Source of the DNA: Nitrosopumilus sp.
GTDB lineage: Archaea > Thermoproteota > Nitrososphaeria > Nitrososphaerales > Nitrosopumilaceae
Length of the DNA stretch: 64,000 nt
Direction of reading: 5' to 3'
Assembly (NCBI GenBank): GCA_965205425.1
Contig: CBDBGZ010000008.1
Span: 128,001-192,000 of the forward strand
This document shows positions 42,219-52,740 of the stretch, one piece after another. The position numbers and the translations under genes are program-made. The first letter of the stretch is position 1. The number at the start of each line of letters is the position of its first letter. Under the pieces are notes generated by a model that had not been told where the DNA came from, ran no database searches, and saw nothing but the letters and a program-made list of their open reading frames with translations.

Positions 42219-43520
42219 ATGAATTTGCTATCCATAGGAGGATCTGATCCATCATCGGGTGCAGGAATTCAAAGTGATGTGAAGGCATTTACAGAATTTG
42301 GAGCATACGGATTAACTGTAATTACAGCAATCACAGGTCAAAATACATCAAGTTTTGGGATGATTGAACCAGTATCAAAAAGAATATTGAAAAATCAAAT
42401 TGAATCAGTGTTAACGGATTTTAAAATTGATGGAATAAAAATTGGAATGGTTTTCAATTCAGAAATTATTAAAACATTATATCAACAATTAAAAAAATTA
42501 AAAATTCCAATTGTTGTGGATCCAGTAATTAAATCAACGACAGGAGGAACATTGATTAAAAAAAAAGCAATTGAAGATTTCAAAAAATACATCATTCCAT
42601 TAGCTACAGTGATCACTCCAAACAAATTTGAGGCTGAAATATTATCAAAATTAAAAATTAATTCAAAAAATACAACAGAAAAAATTGCGAAAAATATCCA
42701 AAAAATGGGAGCAAAGAATGTGGTGATTACTGGAATTGAAGCAAAAAATAGTAGGATATTGGATTTTGTTTTAGAAAAAAACACAAAGTATGAAATTTCA
42801 GGAGATAAAATTATCAATACAAACCATGGAAGTGGATGTAATTATTCAGCTGCAATGATTTTTGCCATTTCAAATAAGAAAACAATTCGAGAATCAGTGA
42901 AATTTGCAAAGGAATTTGCTCATAATTCAATTAAAAATGCAAAAAAAGTTGGAGAAGGAATCAAGATAACGAGTATTCAAAAAAAAGATAAAATAAATTC
43001 AGAATTATCTCAATCAATAAATGAATTTATTAAAATTAAAAATATTTACAAAAATATTCCAGAATGCCAAACAAATTTTGTATACTCTAAACCAAATCCC
43101 AAATCTATAAAAGACATACTAGGGTTATCAGGAAGAATTGTAAAAGCAGGAAATCAAGTCATAGTTGCAGGAAATCTAACATATGGAGGGTCTAAACATG
43201 TTGCAACAGCATTATTAACAGTAAATAAAAAATTTCCAGAAATATCTTCTGCAATAAATTTAAAATATCAAAATTCAACAATTTCTAAAATTAAAAAATC
43301 AAGGTTGTCAGTAACTAGCTATGACAGAACTCAAGAACCAAATGATGTTAAAAATAAAGGATCAACAGTAGCGTGGGGAATTAAAAATGTAATTAAGAAA
43401 TTAAAAACTTCGCCAGATGTAATTTATCACAAAGGGGATTTTGGAAAAGAACCAATGATAATCATTTTTGGAGAAACACCAAATATTACAATGAAAAAAT
43501 TATTAAAAATTACAGGATAA
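42219..43520 (+). CDS. thiD: HMP/HMP-P kinase - thiamine-phosphate synthase ThiN fusion
   Basis: GSDPSSGAGIQSD, HGSGC; C-terminal IPECQTN, GGSKHVA, GDFGKEPM. Confidence 0.93.
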   Translation: MNLLSIGGSDPSSGAGIQSDVKAFTEFGAYGLTVITAITGQNTSSFGMIEPVSKRILKNQIESVLTDFKIDGIKIGMVFNSEIIKTLYQQLKKLKIPIVVDPVIKSTTGGTLIKKKAIEDFKKYIIPLATVITPNKFEAEILSKLKINSKNTTEKIAKNIQKMGAKNVVITGIEAKNSRILDFVLEKNTKYEISGDKIINTNHGSGCNYSAAMIFAISNKKTIRESVKFAKEFAHNSIKNAKKVGEGIKITSIQKKDKINSELSQSINEFIKIKNIYKNIPECQTNFVYSKPNPKSIKDILGLSGRIVKAGNQVIVAGNLTYGGSKHVATALLTVNKKFPEISSAINLKYQNSTISKIKKSRLSVTSYDRTQEPNDVKNKGSTVAWGIKNVIKKLKTSPDVIYHKGDFGKEPMIIIFGETPNITMKKLLKITG

Positions 43521-43575
43521 AATTATAGTCTAAAATCATCCTCGAACATAAATAGTCATATCTCAAATAGGATTT

Positions 43576-44259
43576 GTGAAAACAGTAATTTTAGCAGGCG
43601 GACTAGGAACTAGATTACTTCCATTAACAAAAAAAACCCCAAAACCAATGTTACCATTAGGCAAAAAACCGATTTTAGAGCATCTTATCGATTGGAATAA
43701 AAAAAATGGTGTAAAATCATTTGTTTTGTGTGTAAGCCATCTTCGAAAAACAATTGAAGATTATTTTGGAAGTGGGGAGGAATTTGGAGTAAACATAGAA
43801 TATGCAATTTCAAATAAACCACTAGCCACTGCAGGTCAACTAAAAACTGCAGAAGAATTCATTGACGATACTTTTGTTTGTATGTATGGGGATTCAATAT
43901 TTGATTTTAGTCTTAGAAATATGATAAAACAGCACAAAGCAAAAAAAGCATTTGTTACAATGAGTCTAAATGAATACAAAACTAATTTGGAATATGGAGT
44001 AATTGATGTATCAAAAACAGGTAAAGTGTTAAGCTGGAAAGAAAAACCAGAGATAAAGGCAAATGTAAACATGGGTTGTTATGTAATGGAACCAAATTTG
44101 TTTAACTTAATTCCAAAAAGTAAACCGTATGGAATGGATGACGTTATTAAAAAGGCGATAAAAAATAAAAAACTAGTCAGTAGTTTTGTTACAAAAAAAG
44201 GATTTACAGATATTGGAAATAAAGCATCATACGAGAAAGCATCTAAAGAACACATGTAA
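43576..44259 (+). CDS. sugar-phosphate nucleotidyltransferase
   Basis: LAGGLGTRLLPLT..PKPM. Confidence 0.9.
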   Translation: MKTVILAGGLGTRLLPLTKKTPKPMLPLGKKPILEHLIDWNKKNGVKSFVLCVSHLRKTIEDYFGSGEEFGVNIEYAISNKPLATAGQLKTAEEFIDDTFVCMYGDSIFDFSLRNMIKQHKAKKAFVTMSLNEYKTNLEYGVIDVSKTGKVLSWKEKPEIKANVNMGCYVMEPNLFNLIPKSKPYGMDDVIKKAIKNKKLVSSFVTKKGFTDIGNKASYEKASKEHM

Positions 44260-44273
44260 AAACGAGAGAAAAA

Positions 44274-44711
44274 ATGAGCGAAGTGATTATCAGAGAATTA
44301 AAAGAAGAAGATCTTTGGAATGGATTTCTAAAATCACTGGACTCATTAAAACAAGCAAGCAGTATTGAAAAATCTAAAGCTAGTGATATTTTTAAAAAAA
44401 TTAATTCCAACCCAGATCATATCATAGCAGTAGCAGAAATAGATGGCAAAATTGTGGGTTCTACAACACTTCTCATAGAATCAAAATTTATTCATGATGG
44501 AGGACGGGTTGGACATATTGAGGATGTAGTTGTGAATAAAGAATATCAAGGTCAAAGAATTGGAGAAAAAATTATGAAGTACCTTATAGAAATTTCAAAA
44601 AAACGAGGCTGTTACAAAACAATTCTAGACTGTACTGATGATGTCAAACCATTTTACGAAAAATTAGGCTTCAATCAAGTAGCAAGTGAATTAAGATTAG
44701 ATAATATTTAG
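44274..44711 (+). CDS. GNAT acetyltransferase (GNA1-like)
   Basis: KFIH...GHIEDVVV...YKTILDC. Confidence 0.85.
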   Translation: MSEVIIRELKEEDLWNGFLKSLDSLKQASSIEKSKASDIFKKINSNPDHIIAVAEIDGKIVGSTTLLIESKFIHDGGRVGHIEDVVVNKEYQGQRIGEKIMKYLIEISKKRGCYKTILDCTDDVKPFYEKLGFNQVASELRLDNI

Positions 44712-45148
44712 AAGAATTCTTTTTTTGGACGTCTTTTTTTTTCTTTTGTTAAATATGCACCAACAGCAATTACAGGAACAGACAGTATCATAAACAAAAT
44801 TGGGGAATATGTTACAACATCTGTAATATACACATCATCGATTTTGTCAATTAATGAATGACTGACAAACATTCCTATCAACATAATAATTCCACCTGCA
44901 ATTATCAATCTACCTATAGGTTTTGATCCATATTGTCTCGTCATAATAAAAGGAACCGCAGCCAGAATTGCAGCAGGTGCAACTCCGATAGAAATGAATT
45001 GGAATATTTTTGGATTAGCATCAAAAGTTATTGAAAATTCTATTGCTTCAGGAACATCAGTCATAAAGTAGTAAATTGAAATCATTTCTCCAGCAAACAT
45101 TGCAAACAAACCAAGACTAGTTACTGCAAGCCACTTTTCTATTGCCAT
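44708..45148 (-). CDS. membrane protein
   Basis: Four hydrophobic segments. Confidence 0.75.
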   Translation of the reverse strand: MAIEKWLAVTSLGLFAMFAGEMISIYYFMTDVPEAIEFSITFDANPKIFQFISIGVAPAAILAAVPFIMTRQYGSKPIGRLIIAGGIIMLIGMFVSHSLIDKIDDVYITDVVTYSPILFMILSVPVIAVGAYLTKEKKRRPKKEFF

Positions 45149-45190
45149 AATTCTAACAGATTCTAGTTGATAAATAAACCATTCAAAAAA

Positions 45191-46210
45191 TCATACAATG
45201 CCAACCAAGTTGGCTAATTCTTTCCTACAAGCAGCTCCAAGTTTTTCTGCTACTTGTTCAGGAGAAACATCATTTAAAAAAATTCCATAACCACGCTCCA
45301 ATCCAGACCAAGATTTTGTGATAGGGTAAATTTCAATATGCCAATGAATTTGTCTACTGTTTTTCTTTTCTGGAGAAAGATGAAATACAAGATTATACGA
45401 AACATTCTCGACAGCTTTTGTGAGGCCACCAAGTGTTGCTCGTAAAATTAATGACAAGTCATTGATTTCTTTTTGAGTTATTTTTGAGAAACTAGTGGTA
45501 TGTTTTTTTGGAGATATCCAAAATTCATACGGATATGAAGGCGACCAAGGACAAAATGCGATAAATCCTTCAGTTTGAAGAACCTGTCTAGGACCACCAA
45601 TTTCTTCATTTACAGTCTGACACATAGGACAGACACCTTTTTCATTTAGGATTTTATGAGATGCTTCAGCTTCTGTTTCAATTACAGGAGGAATAGTTGA
45701 GAACGTTAAGAGATTAAGGTGAGGATGAGGATTGGTATTTCCTGCCAAATCTCCATGATCTCCATAAATTGAAACATACGTTACTCCTTTTTGGGTATAA
45801 AGCCATCGTAATCTATCTTGAACAACTACGAGAACATTTGACCATTGCTCCATATCTATTGTGGCAAAAGTATCTTTTTCATTTGGAGATGCAACTACAA
45901 TGTAATGATATCCATATGCAGGTTCACTGTAGAATGGTTTGTCACTGTAAGAATTTTCAGTTTCTATTGAAACGATAGGATTTTTACTTTCAAAAACTCG
46001 AATAGCCCAACCTTCAACATATGTTTCGTCTTCATTATCTTGAAGACGTTGTAACATCCCATCTTTTGCAACAAGGGACAAGACAGATGGATTTGTCATA
46101 GATTCGTTGCCAGGGGCAAATGGGGATTTTTTTGGATCAATAACTTTATCATTTTTTTTAGAGACAATCATAAAACGCTCAGAAACATAATCTTTGCGCA
46201 TATCCCCCAT
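45191..46210 (-). CDS. galT: galactose-1-phosphate uridylyltransferase (GalT/HIT family)
   Basis: HPH motif, PFAPGNE, HWHIEI. Confidence 0.85.
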   Translation of the reverse strand: MGDMRKDYVSERFMIVSKKNDKVIDPKKSPFAPGNESMTNPSVLSLVAKDGMLQRLQDNEDETYVEGWAIRVFESKNPIVSIETENSYSDKPFYSEPAYGYHYIVVASPNEKDTFATIDMEQWSNVLVVVQDRLRWLYTQKGVTYVSIYGDHGDLAGNTNPHPHLNLLTFSTIPPVIETEAEASHKILNEKGVCPMCQTVNEEIGGPRQVLQTEGFIAFCPWSPSYPYEFWISPKKHTTSFSKITQKEINDLSLILRATLGGLTKAVENVSYNLVFHLSPEKKNSRQIHWHIEIYPITKSWSGLERGYGIFLNDVSPEQVAEKLGAACRKELANLVGIV

Positions 46211-46447
46211 AATGATTAATGGAAGTAAAATGTCTGTTAAAACGTTTACTAAGATCTATTTGAAATCAATTTAAAAAATAATTTTCCAATAAATTTACAT
46301 AAAATTAAGAAAATCCTATGTTCATTAAATCAATATGAAATAAATTAAAATTAAAAATTAGAACTGAGAAATTTTAAATTTTTTGATCGCATGGTTTGTT
46401 GCAAGATTTAAAGCAGAGCATTAGATTTTGAATAATCAGGGAATATT

Positions 46448-47734
46448 TTGGATAATTCTGATATTCACATGATCTATGTTCTTTTAGACGGAGTAGGAGA
46501 TTTGCCACACCCAGATTTAGATGGAAAAACGCCACTAGAGGCTGCAAATACTCCAACATTAGACAAAATTGCAAGCAATGGAGCCATAGGAGAAGTAATT
46601 TCTGTAGGAAAAGGTATTGCTCCAGAATCAGATATTGCAGTATTCAACATGTTAGGTTACAAATTCAAACATGCAGATTATGTAGGTCGGGGCGTAATTG
46701 AAGCCATAGGAATTGGAATTGACTTTAAAGATGGAGACTTGGCACTTAGAGGGAATTATTCTACATTAAATGACGAAGAAGTAATCATCGACAGAAGAGC
46801 AGGAAGACATATTGAAAAGGAAGATGCTGATGGGGTTGCAAAAGAAATCGAAGATAAGTTGAATCTATCATCACCAGATGTATCAGTAGTAGTTTCTCCA
46901 ACAATAGGACATAGAGTGACAGTAAGAATTAGAAAAGATTCACAAAAATTATCATCAAGAATTACCAATACTGATCCAGCATACAGTAACATTGGAGGCA
47001 TGGGAGTTGCAAAAGCAGTAGGAGATTTTCTAAAAATTGAAAAATGTTTGCCATTAGAAGATACCGATGATTCAAAATTTACTGCAAATTTAGTAAATGA
47101 ATTTTCAGAAAAATCAATCCAAATAATGAAAGAAAGTCAAATTAACAAAAAGAGGCAAGATGAAAACAAAAAACAACTAAGTTGTATTTTACTAAGAGAT
47201 GCAGGTAACAAATACCCAGATGTAATTCCAATCAATAAAAAATATGGTATGAATTTTTCATGCATAGTAGATATGCCAGTGGAGATTGGAATTTCAGAAG
47301 TATTAGAAATGAAAGCGTTTGAATCTGGTGGATTAACAGATTATGAAGAAAAGGCAAGAGTCGCAGCAAAAGCAATGGAGACCCAAAATTTGATTTATGT
47401 ACATCTAAAAGGTCCAGATGAATTTGGGCATGACGGAGATGCAATAGGAAAAATGAAAAATATAGAAGAGATTGATCAGAGATTTTTCAAAACACTTGTG
47501 GAAAATATAGATTCAAGTAAAGTTGCAATAATAATATCTGCAGATCATTCAACACCATGTATCAACAAAGGACACAGTGATGACCCGGTTCCAGTTGTAG
47601 TTTCAGGAGATTTTATCAAAAATGATGGCACAACTAGAATGACAGAAGAACAAGCAAAGAAAGGAAGTATCGGATTACTACAAGGTGCAGAAGTAGTTTC
47701 AAAATCTCTAGAACTAATTAAATCTCAAATCTAG
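46448..47734 (+). CDS. apgM: 2,3-BPG-independent phosphoglycerate mutase
   Basis: LDGVGD, TPLEAA, DEFGHDG, ADHSTP, HSDDPVP. Confidence 0.92.
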   Translation: MDNSDIHMIYVLLDGVGDLPHPDLDGKTPLEAANTPTLDKIASNGAIGEVISVGKGIAPESDIAVFNMLGYKFKHADYVGRGVIEAIGIGIDFKDGDLALRGNYSTLNDEEVIIDRRAGRHIEKEDADGVAKEIEDKLNLSSPDVSVVVSPTIGHRVTVRIRKDSQKLSSRITNTDPAYSNIGGMGVAKAVGDFLKIEKCLPLEDTDDSKFTANLVNEFSEKSIQIMKESQINKKRQDENKKQLSCILLRDAGNKYPDVIPINKKYGMNFSCIVDMPVEIGISEVLEMKAFESGGLTDYEEKARVAAKAMETQNLIYVHLKGPDEFGHDGDAIGKMKNIEEIDQRFFKTLVENIDSSKVAIIISADHSTPCINKGHSDDPVPVVVSGDFIKNDGTTRMTEEQAKKGSIGLLQGAEVVSKSLELIKSQI

Positions 47735-48281
47735 TTAGTTTGTTTGCTTGTTGCATATTTACTGCATTTTTTCTAATTCTATCAACATCTATTGAATAAT
47801 ACATAGAAGGTGAAGTACCTAATTTGTCCAAAGCTCTTTTTAACATTCCAATTCCAATACTTTCTTCATTTTCTTGTTCATGTGCAAAAGCTACTGCAAC
47901 TAGAATAATGCCTTGAACAAGTTCCTTTTCACGTCCATAACATTGATTCCAGACGCCTTCAAAGGCTTCATGACATTCCCAAAATCGTTCATTGTTAAAG
48001 AAAAAAATCCCGTCAGTGATTCCCTTTTCTTTTTCAATATGTTCTTCAATAACATGTCTTACATTATCAATGTCCCCAATAGGAGATAATTTGTCAACTA
48101 GTGTATCTAGATCTTCTTTTTCTGCCGCTACATCAAATTCGATAAATTTTGTGGCAACTCTAGCAAGTCTAACTGAGACATTCTTCATCTCAGATGCAAG
48201 ATCTCTTGCTTTGTATGCTAGTTCTCTGCAGTTCTGAGGCAAATATTTCTCATTTTTAAAATGCAGTAAATATCGTTCCAC
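47718..48281 (-). CDS. DUF309-domain protein
   Basis: FNNERFWECHEAFEGVW; start uncertain. Confidence 0.8.
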   Translation of the reverse strand: MERYLLHFKNEKYLPQNCRELAYKARDLASEMKNVSVRLARVATKFIEFDVAAEKEDLDTLVDKLSPIGDIDNVRHVIEEHIEKEKGITDGIFFFNNERFWECHEAFEGVWNQCYGREKELVQGIILVAVAFAHEQENEESIGIGMLKRALDKLGTSPSMYYSIDVDRIRKNAVNMQQANKLTRFEI

Positions 48282-48363
48282 GAGATAGTTCTGAAAGAAT
48301 TTCTTAAATTTCTTCTGTAATTTCAATCAAGGTTTATATGAAATATCTAGAGATTTTTGATAC

Positions 48364-48798
48364 ATGTCCATAATTGAGACAATTACAGACGTTAACAATG
48401 CCTTTCTGTCTAGAAGGGAACTAACTTGTAATTTTGCAGGCCTAGGGGGCAAACTCAAAAGTCTTGAGGCTACAGATATGGTTACAAAAGAATTCAAACT
48501 TGATGGAAAAGTTGTAATTCCAATGAGATTGAGAACTCAAGTTGGCAAGTCTCTCATTACTGGAACATTCTATGTTTATGATGATGAAGGATTAGCTAAA
48601 AAACACATTAATCCAACAATATTTTCAAGACTAGAAAAAAGTAAAGCTAAAGTTGCAGAAGCTGAAGCAGCAGTAAAAGAAACAGAAGCTCCAGCTGAAG
48701 AACCTAAAACAGAAGATGCTCCAGCTGAAAAAACAACCGAAGCTAAAACAGAAGATGCTCCAGCTGAAGAACCTAAAGAAGAGGAGAAATCTGAATAA
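48364..48798 (+). CDS. rps24e: 30S ribosomal protein S24e with acidic tail
   Basis: NAFLSRRE; coupled to S27ae. Confidence 0.85.
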   Translation: MSIIETITDVNNAFLSRRELTCNFAGLGGKLKSLEATDMVTKEFKLDGKVVIPMRLRTQVGKSLITGTFYVYDDEGLAKKHINPTIFSRLEKSKAKVAEAEAAVKETEAPAEEPKTEDAPAEKTTEAKTEDAPAEEPKEEEKSE

Positions 48799-48983
48799 TG
48801 CCTGTAGAGAAAAAAGGTAAAAAAGGTTCTAGTCCAAATATAGCATCATATTACAAAGTGGAAGGCGACAAAACATCAAGAACAAGAAAAGTTTGCTCAA
48901 GATGTGGTAAAGGAACTTTCATGGCACAACACAAAGACAGAAACACTTGTGGAAAATGTGGGTTAACAGAATTTAATCAATAA
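48798..48983 (+). CDS. rps27ae: 30S ribosomal protein S27ae
   Basis: CSRCGKGTFMAQHKDRNTCGKCG. Confidence 0.95.
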   Translation: MPVEKKGKKGSSPNIASYYKVEGDKTSRTRKVCSRCGKGTFMAQHKDRNTCGKCGLTEFNQ

Positions 48984-48990
48984 AACTAAA

Positions 48991-49508
48991 TTATTTTAAA
49001 ATTTCAGAAAAACTTCCATCTTCATTTTCATTAGATATATGATCATGTATTGAAAAACAAATATCCAACATATCATTTAATGAATAATTTACTTCGCCAA
49101 TTTTATAAGTACATAAAAATTTTGAGTGTTCATTTGAAATAGAATGGACATATTTTTCAACAGCATCTATTTTTGAAATTAACTCAGATGTAAATCGAGA
49201 TATATCACATAGAACATTAAAAGCAACTCTACCTCGAAAATTTTCATTTAGAAATAAATAACAAGTTTGGACCATTTTTTTTCAAACTCTACAGGGAATT
49301 TTTCCGGATCAGGCACAGAAAAATAGGAAAATAATTTTACAACCGAAGATGAATCATTATTTTTTAAGTTCTTTAAAAATAAAATCACCATCATTTTGAG
49401 AAGTGATAAAAATACACCTCTCTGAAGAATCAATACCAATATTAAAGAAATCAATGAGTTTTTTGTGCAATATATAGCGAGAAGCATATGTTCATGAACT
49501 ATTTTCAA
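48991..49508 (-). pseudogene. hypothetical gene split at an A8 run
   Basis: ORFs 49248-49508 and 48991-49275 join if the homopolymer at 49275-49282 gains one base. Confidence 0.55.
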
Positions 49509-49700
49509 GGTGTTTCAGATTGTTTATTCGTATTTACCTTAGGTAAAATCATCTAATCTCTAGTTTTTTGATGATTTTTAGTTCACGAACTTTATCTTTT
49601 CGCTATAGTTTCTGAACGATATATCAACAGAGGGTGATGATCTGTCAAGGCACTAACAAAAAGATGCCATTGAATTTAAACTAATATCCAAATAAATTCT

Positions 49701-50408
49701 CTAGTACAGTTTTTTTTTACGTTTTTTAGAACTTTTTTCTTCTAATAATTCCATTTTAGATATAAACGCAGGATCAAGTTTAATTTTAGAAAGGGATTCC
49801 GCAGATAATTTTACAGTGTTGGTATCAAGAGAAATATTGGATTTAGGAAGATTTCTCTCAGCCCAAAATTTCATAACTTTATCTTCAAGTTTAAAATCAT
49901 GAAATCCTGCAGGGAATTTTTTTGTTATATGATTAAGTAATGTACGATCTTTGAATACAACACTAGGTTCAAACAATCTAGTTTCATCACTGTAAACATT
50001 TTCAAATAAATTTCCAGAAATTTCATCGGATAATAATTCCATCTTAGAAATTTTTCTCATCAAATCTAAAAAATGTAAAAATTCATGAGCTAAAATTGCA
50101 TGGATTGTACCTTTTAACCCATATGCAATTAAAGGTGCAGAAATTTGAATTACAACCTGAAATTTATCTTCAAAGACAATAGGAATTGTTCTTGCAAACA
50201 AGATACCAAATTCATATGAATTTGGATTAGGAGATGAAAGAACAAGAGAAGGCTCAACATAGGCTATAGGATATCTTATTCCAGATGCTTTTTCAATTCG
50301 ATTAATTCCTTCAATGGTAATTGGGAATCGTTTCAGGGTTAAATCAAAAACATCATCAGGGATAATTCCTTTAGAATGTGCATCTTTGAAACGTACTAGT
50401 GGATCCAA
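49701..50408 (-). CDS. hypothetical protein with HExxH motif
   Basis: ILAHEFLH. Confidence 0.75.
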   Translation of the reverse strand: MDPLVRFKDAHSKGIIPDDVFDLTLKRFPITIEGINRIEKASGIRYPIAYVEPSLVLSSPNPNSYEFGILFARTIPIVFEDKFQVVIQISAPLIAYGLKGTIHAILAHEFLHFLDLMRKISKMELLSDEISGNLFENVYSDETRLFEPSVVFKDRTLLNHITKKFPAGFHDFKLEDKVMKFWAERNLPKSNISLDTNTVKLSAESLSKIKLDPAFISKMELLEEKSSKKRKKKLY

Positions 50409-50450
50409 TATTACCCCTCGACAATTTTGAATGTAAAAAGGTTGATTAGA

Positions 50451-50543
50451 TCAGGAACGTGGTTTGCCGGCTTTCTTTTTTTTCTTGGTAGCAGCCCTTT
50501 GATCAGCGTGTCTCTGGTGTTTACCTTTTTTTCTTATTGGCAT
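50451..50543 (-). CDS. 30-aa highly basic microprotein
   Basis: MPIRKKGKHQRHADQRAATKKKKKAGKPRS. Confidence 0.55.
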   Translation of the reverse strand: MPIRKKGKHQRHADQRAATKKKKKAGKPRS

Positions 50544-50734
50544 GATTATTGGCGATAATTAGCGCTAGTTAATTGTTATCATAGGAGGATAAAACAACAA
50601 AATCCCATTAACCAGCCATAGTTCTCATAATCTAGAAAAACAATTCCAAGATACAATTTTCTGGATAGAGCGAATCTTTTGTAGATAACAGATCACTTAA
50701 AAAAATACCTTTAATGGAAATTTTAGGCATAAAA

Positions 50735-50830
50735 TCACTTCTTTAAACAATCACATCCACAAGAAAACATTCCAGCTTTTCCCATGCATTGATCATGGTG
50801 TTTGTTATAGCATTTGTTACAGATTATCAT
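50735..50830 (-). CDS. 31-aa Cys/His-rich microprotein
   Basis: MIICNKCYNKHHDQCMGKAGMFSCGCDCLKK. Confidence 0.5.
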   Translation of the reverse strand: MIICNKCYNKHHDQCMGKAGMFSCGCDCLKK

Positions 50831-50933
50831 TTGTTTCACCTGTGTTGTGAGTTTTTTCATGTGACAATACTTTGTCAAATGTATCAGAAAATCCACTCCA
50901 GGTGAATTTGCAATATCTACAGTTGTATTTCAT
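50817..50933 (-). CDS. 38-aa C2H2 zinc-finger microprotein
   Basis: MKYNCRYCKFTWSG...FDKVLSHEKTH; paralog at 56346. Confidence 0.65.
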   Translation of the reverse strand: MKYNCRYCKFTWSGFSDTFDKVLSHEKTHNTGETNDNL

Positions 50934-51215
50934 CTATTTTCCCTTCTTTGAGATTGGGATTTCAATAGTAGAAACATCTCTTTTTCTTCCATCCTGAGAT
51001 TCTAGTGACTCAGAATTGATTTTTACACATCCTACTTCAAATGCATCTGTTTTTTTTAAAAGAACTTGAGTGACGTCAACTGCAAGTCCAATACTCATTC
51101 CTCTAGCTTTAATTGTTATCGAGCTTAACGAAGACAATTGAATTATTGCAGAAGTAACGTATGACATTAACGGCTTTTTGCCGATAAAAATTGTATCATG
51201 TTGGTTATCAAACAT
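50934..51215 (-). CDS. albA: Alba DNA/RNA-binding protein
   Basis: IFIGKKPLMSYV, IKARG, VSTIEI. Confidence 0.92.
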   Translation of the reverse strand: MFDNQHDTIFIGKKPLMSYVTSAIIQLSSLSSITIKARGMSIGLAVDVTQVLLKKTDAFEVGCVKINSESLESQDGRKRDVSTIEIPISKKGK

Positions 51216-51494
51216 ACAAAGTAAGGATTAATGCCTCATTTAAACAAGGGACGCATTAGCTAGTCACATATCAGAGAAAAGGAGGCAAATTAGAATAATT
51301 GTAAAAAGTGTTTTGTTGAAAACAACATCAATCTGATTTTTATTATAGAAAAAAAGATATCAACATGAACAAATTTACTAATTTCAGTTTTGACATGCAG
51401 TGATTAATTTGCAACACAGGAAATCAATTCTTTATCATCTCAATATACTAGATTTAGAAAATGAAGAAGAGAATTCTGAAATGGAGTAACATGC

Positions 51495-51599
51495 ATGATA
51501 AAAAATAGATTTTGTCTAGTCTGCAAAAAACTACTTGAAGAAAAAAGAGAATTTTGTAGTATAGAATGTTCAAGAAAATACATGGAATTTAAAACATAG
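51495..51599 (+). CDS. 34-aa zinc-finger microprotein
   Basis: MIKNRFCLVCKKLLEEKREFCSIECSRKYMEFKT. Confidence 0.55.
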   Translation: MIKNRFCLVCKKLLEEKREFCSIECSRKYMEFKT

Positions 51600-51646
51600 T
51601 AGGTTTAGGTAGTAAAGATTTTAGGAAATAATTTGGTCCTGTTTTT

Positions 51647-51841
51647 TTAATTACACCAACTGCACGGACTAAACCCCAAATCAATTGCAGTTTTCAATAA
51701 ATCAGGAGTAAAATACTGTTTTTGTGATTTTTCTACATGATAGATATCGCATTTCTTTTGCATATTACCCAGATGATGAACAATCATTGTTTTTTTATCC
51801 CCAAGATATCCTGCCATGATACTATTTGCTTTTGCACTCAC
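51647..51841 (-). CDS. small hypothetical metal-binding protein
   Basis: VHH..C..GFSPCSWC. Confidence 0.65.
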   Translation of the reverse strand: MSAKANSIMAGYLGDKKTMIVHHLGNMQKKCDIYHVEKSQKQYFTPDLLKTAIDLGFSPCSWCN

Positions 51842-52155
51842 ATTTAGTTTGTTTAGGGAATCGAGGAAACTTTAGTTTATTACATATTTCACAATACAGT
51901 TGATTTGACACAATTCTCTAAGTCTTGTATAGTATATCCCTCTTTAATTTAGAATGAATTTGAATGTGTATTGAATTTCTATTTTTTAAAACCCAAATGG
52001 GGTTTACAATGCTAGAAAAATATAGCTAAGCATTAACTGATGAGGATGTATCTACCTGACATATTTTTTTAGATAATAATTATTTAGGCATTCTATATTA
52101 CAAAATTCACTGTTAAACAGTTCAAATTCCTTCCCACAGTTTTTGCATTGGAGAT

Positions 52156-52551
52156 TCAAGATTGATTCTTCTCCAGTTCCTTGTTCATCAGATCTTGTTC
52201 TATGCTTACTTCTTTTCTTCTAATAATTACAGTAGTCTTGGTAAAATTATGTAATTTTTCATGTAGAAATTGAGATATTTCTGATGATTTAGACTTGTTA
52301 TCTGAGACTCCAAAAACTAGCACAAGATCATTTGGGGCATCTTCTCCATTTCTATAGACATATTCTTTGAGCCTACACACGATTTCCTCTCCAATGAGTA
52401 CGGATCTTGAAATTGTAAATTTTGCTTCTTTTGAATTTTCTTCAATATCAAATATTTTGTATATTACAGGAGTTGGATTTCCAATAACTCTAACAGTGAT
52501 AGGTATCTCAATAATGTTAATTCCAGAATCATTCATAGAATATTCAGACAT
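52156..52551 (-). CDS. hypothetical protein
   Basis: 131-aa ORF. Confidence 0.6.
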   Translation of the reverse strand: MSEYSMNDSGINIIEIPITVRVIGNPTPVIYKIFDIEENSKEAKFTISRSVLIGEEIVCRLKEYVYRNGEDAPNDLVLVFGVSDNKSKSSEISQFLHEKLHNFTKTTVIIRRKEVSIEQDLMNKELEKNQS

Positions 52552-52740
52552 TCTCCATTTTGAAAAAATGATACGTAAGGATCATACAAAAATAATTCAT
52601 TCAGTTGACCTAGACAGATAATGTTTTGTTCTGAATTGAACTAAATTACAAAAAATCATTCCGCAATGTAACCTCTGTTCAGCCCTATAAACTAGCGGTT
52701 GATGTCTTGGTATAATAGAGTGAACAAACACCAGTTATCC

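Noticed and set aside
48680..48795. Short direct repeats in the rps24e tail
   Set aside because: Encode a low-complexity acidic extension; no further structure.
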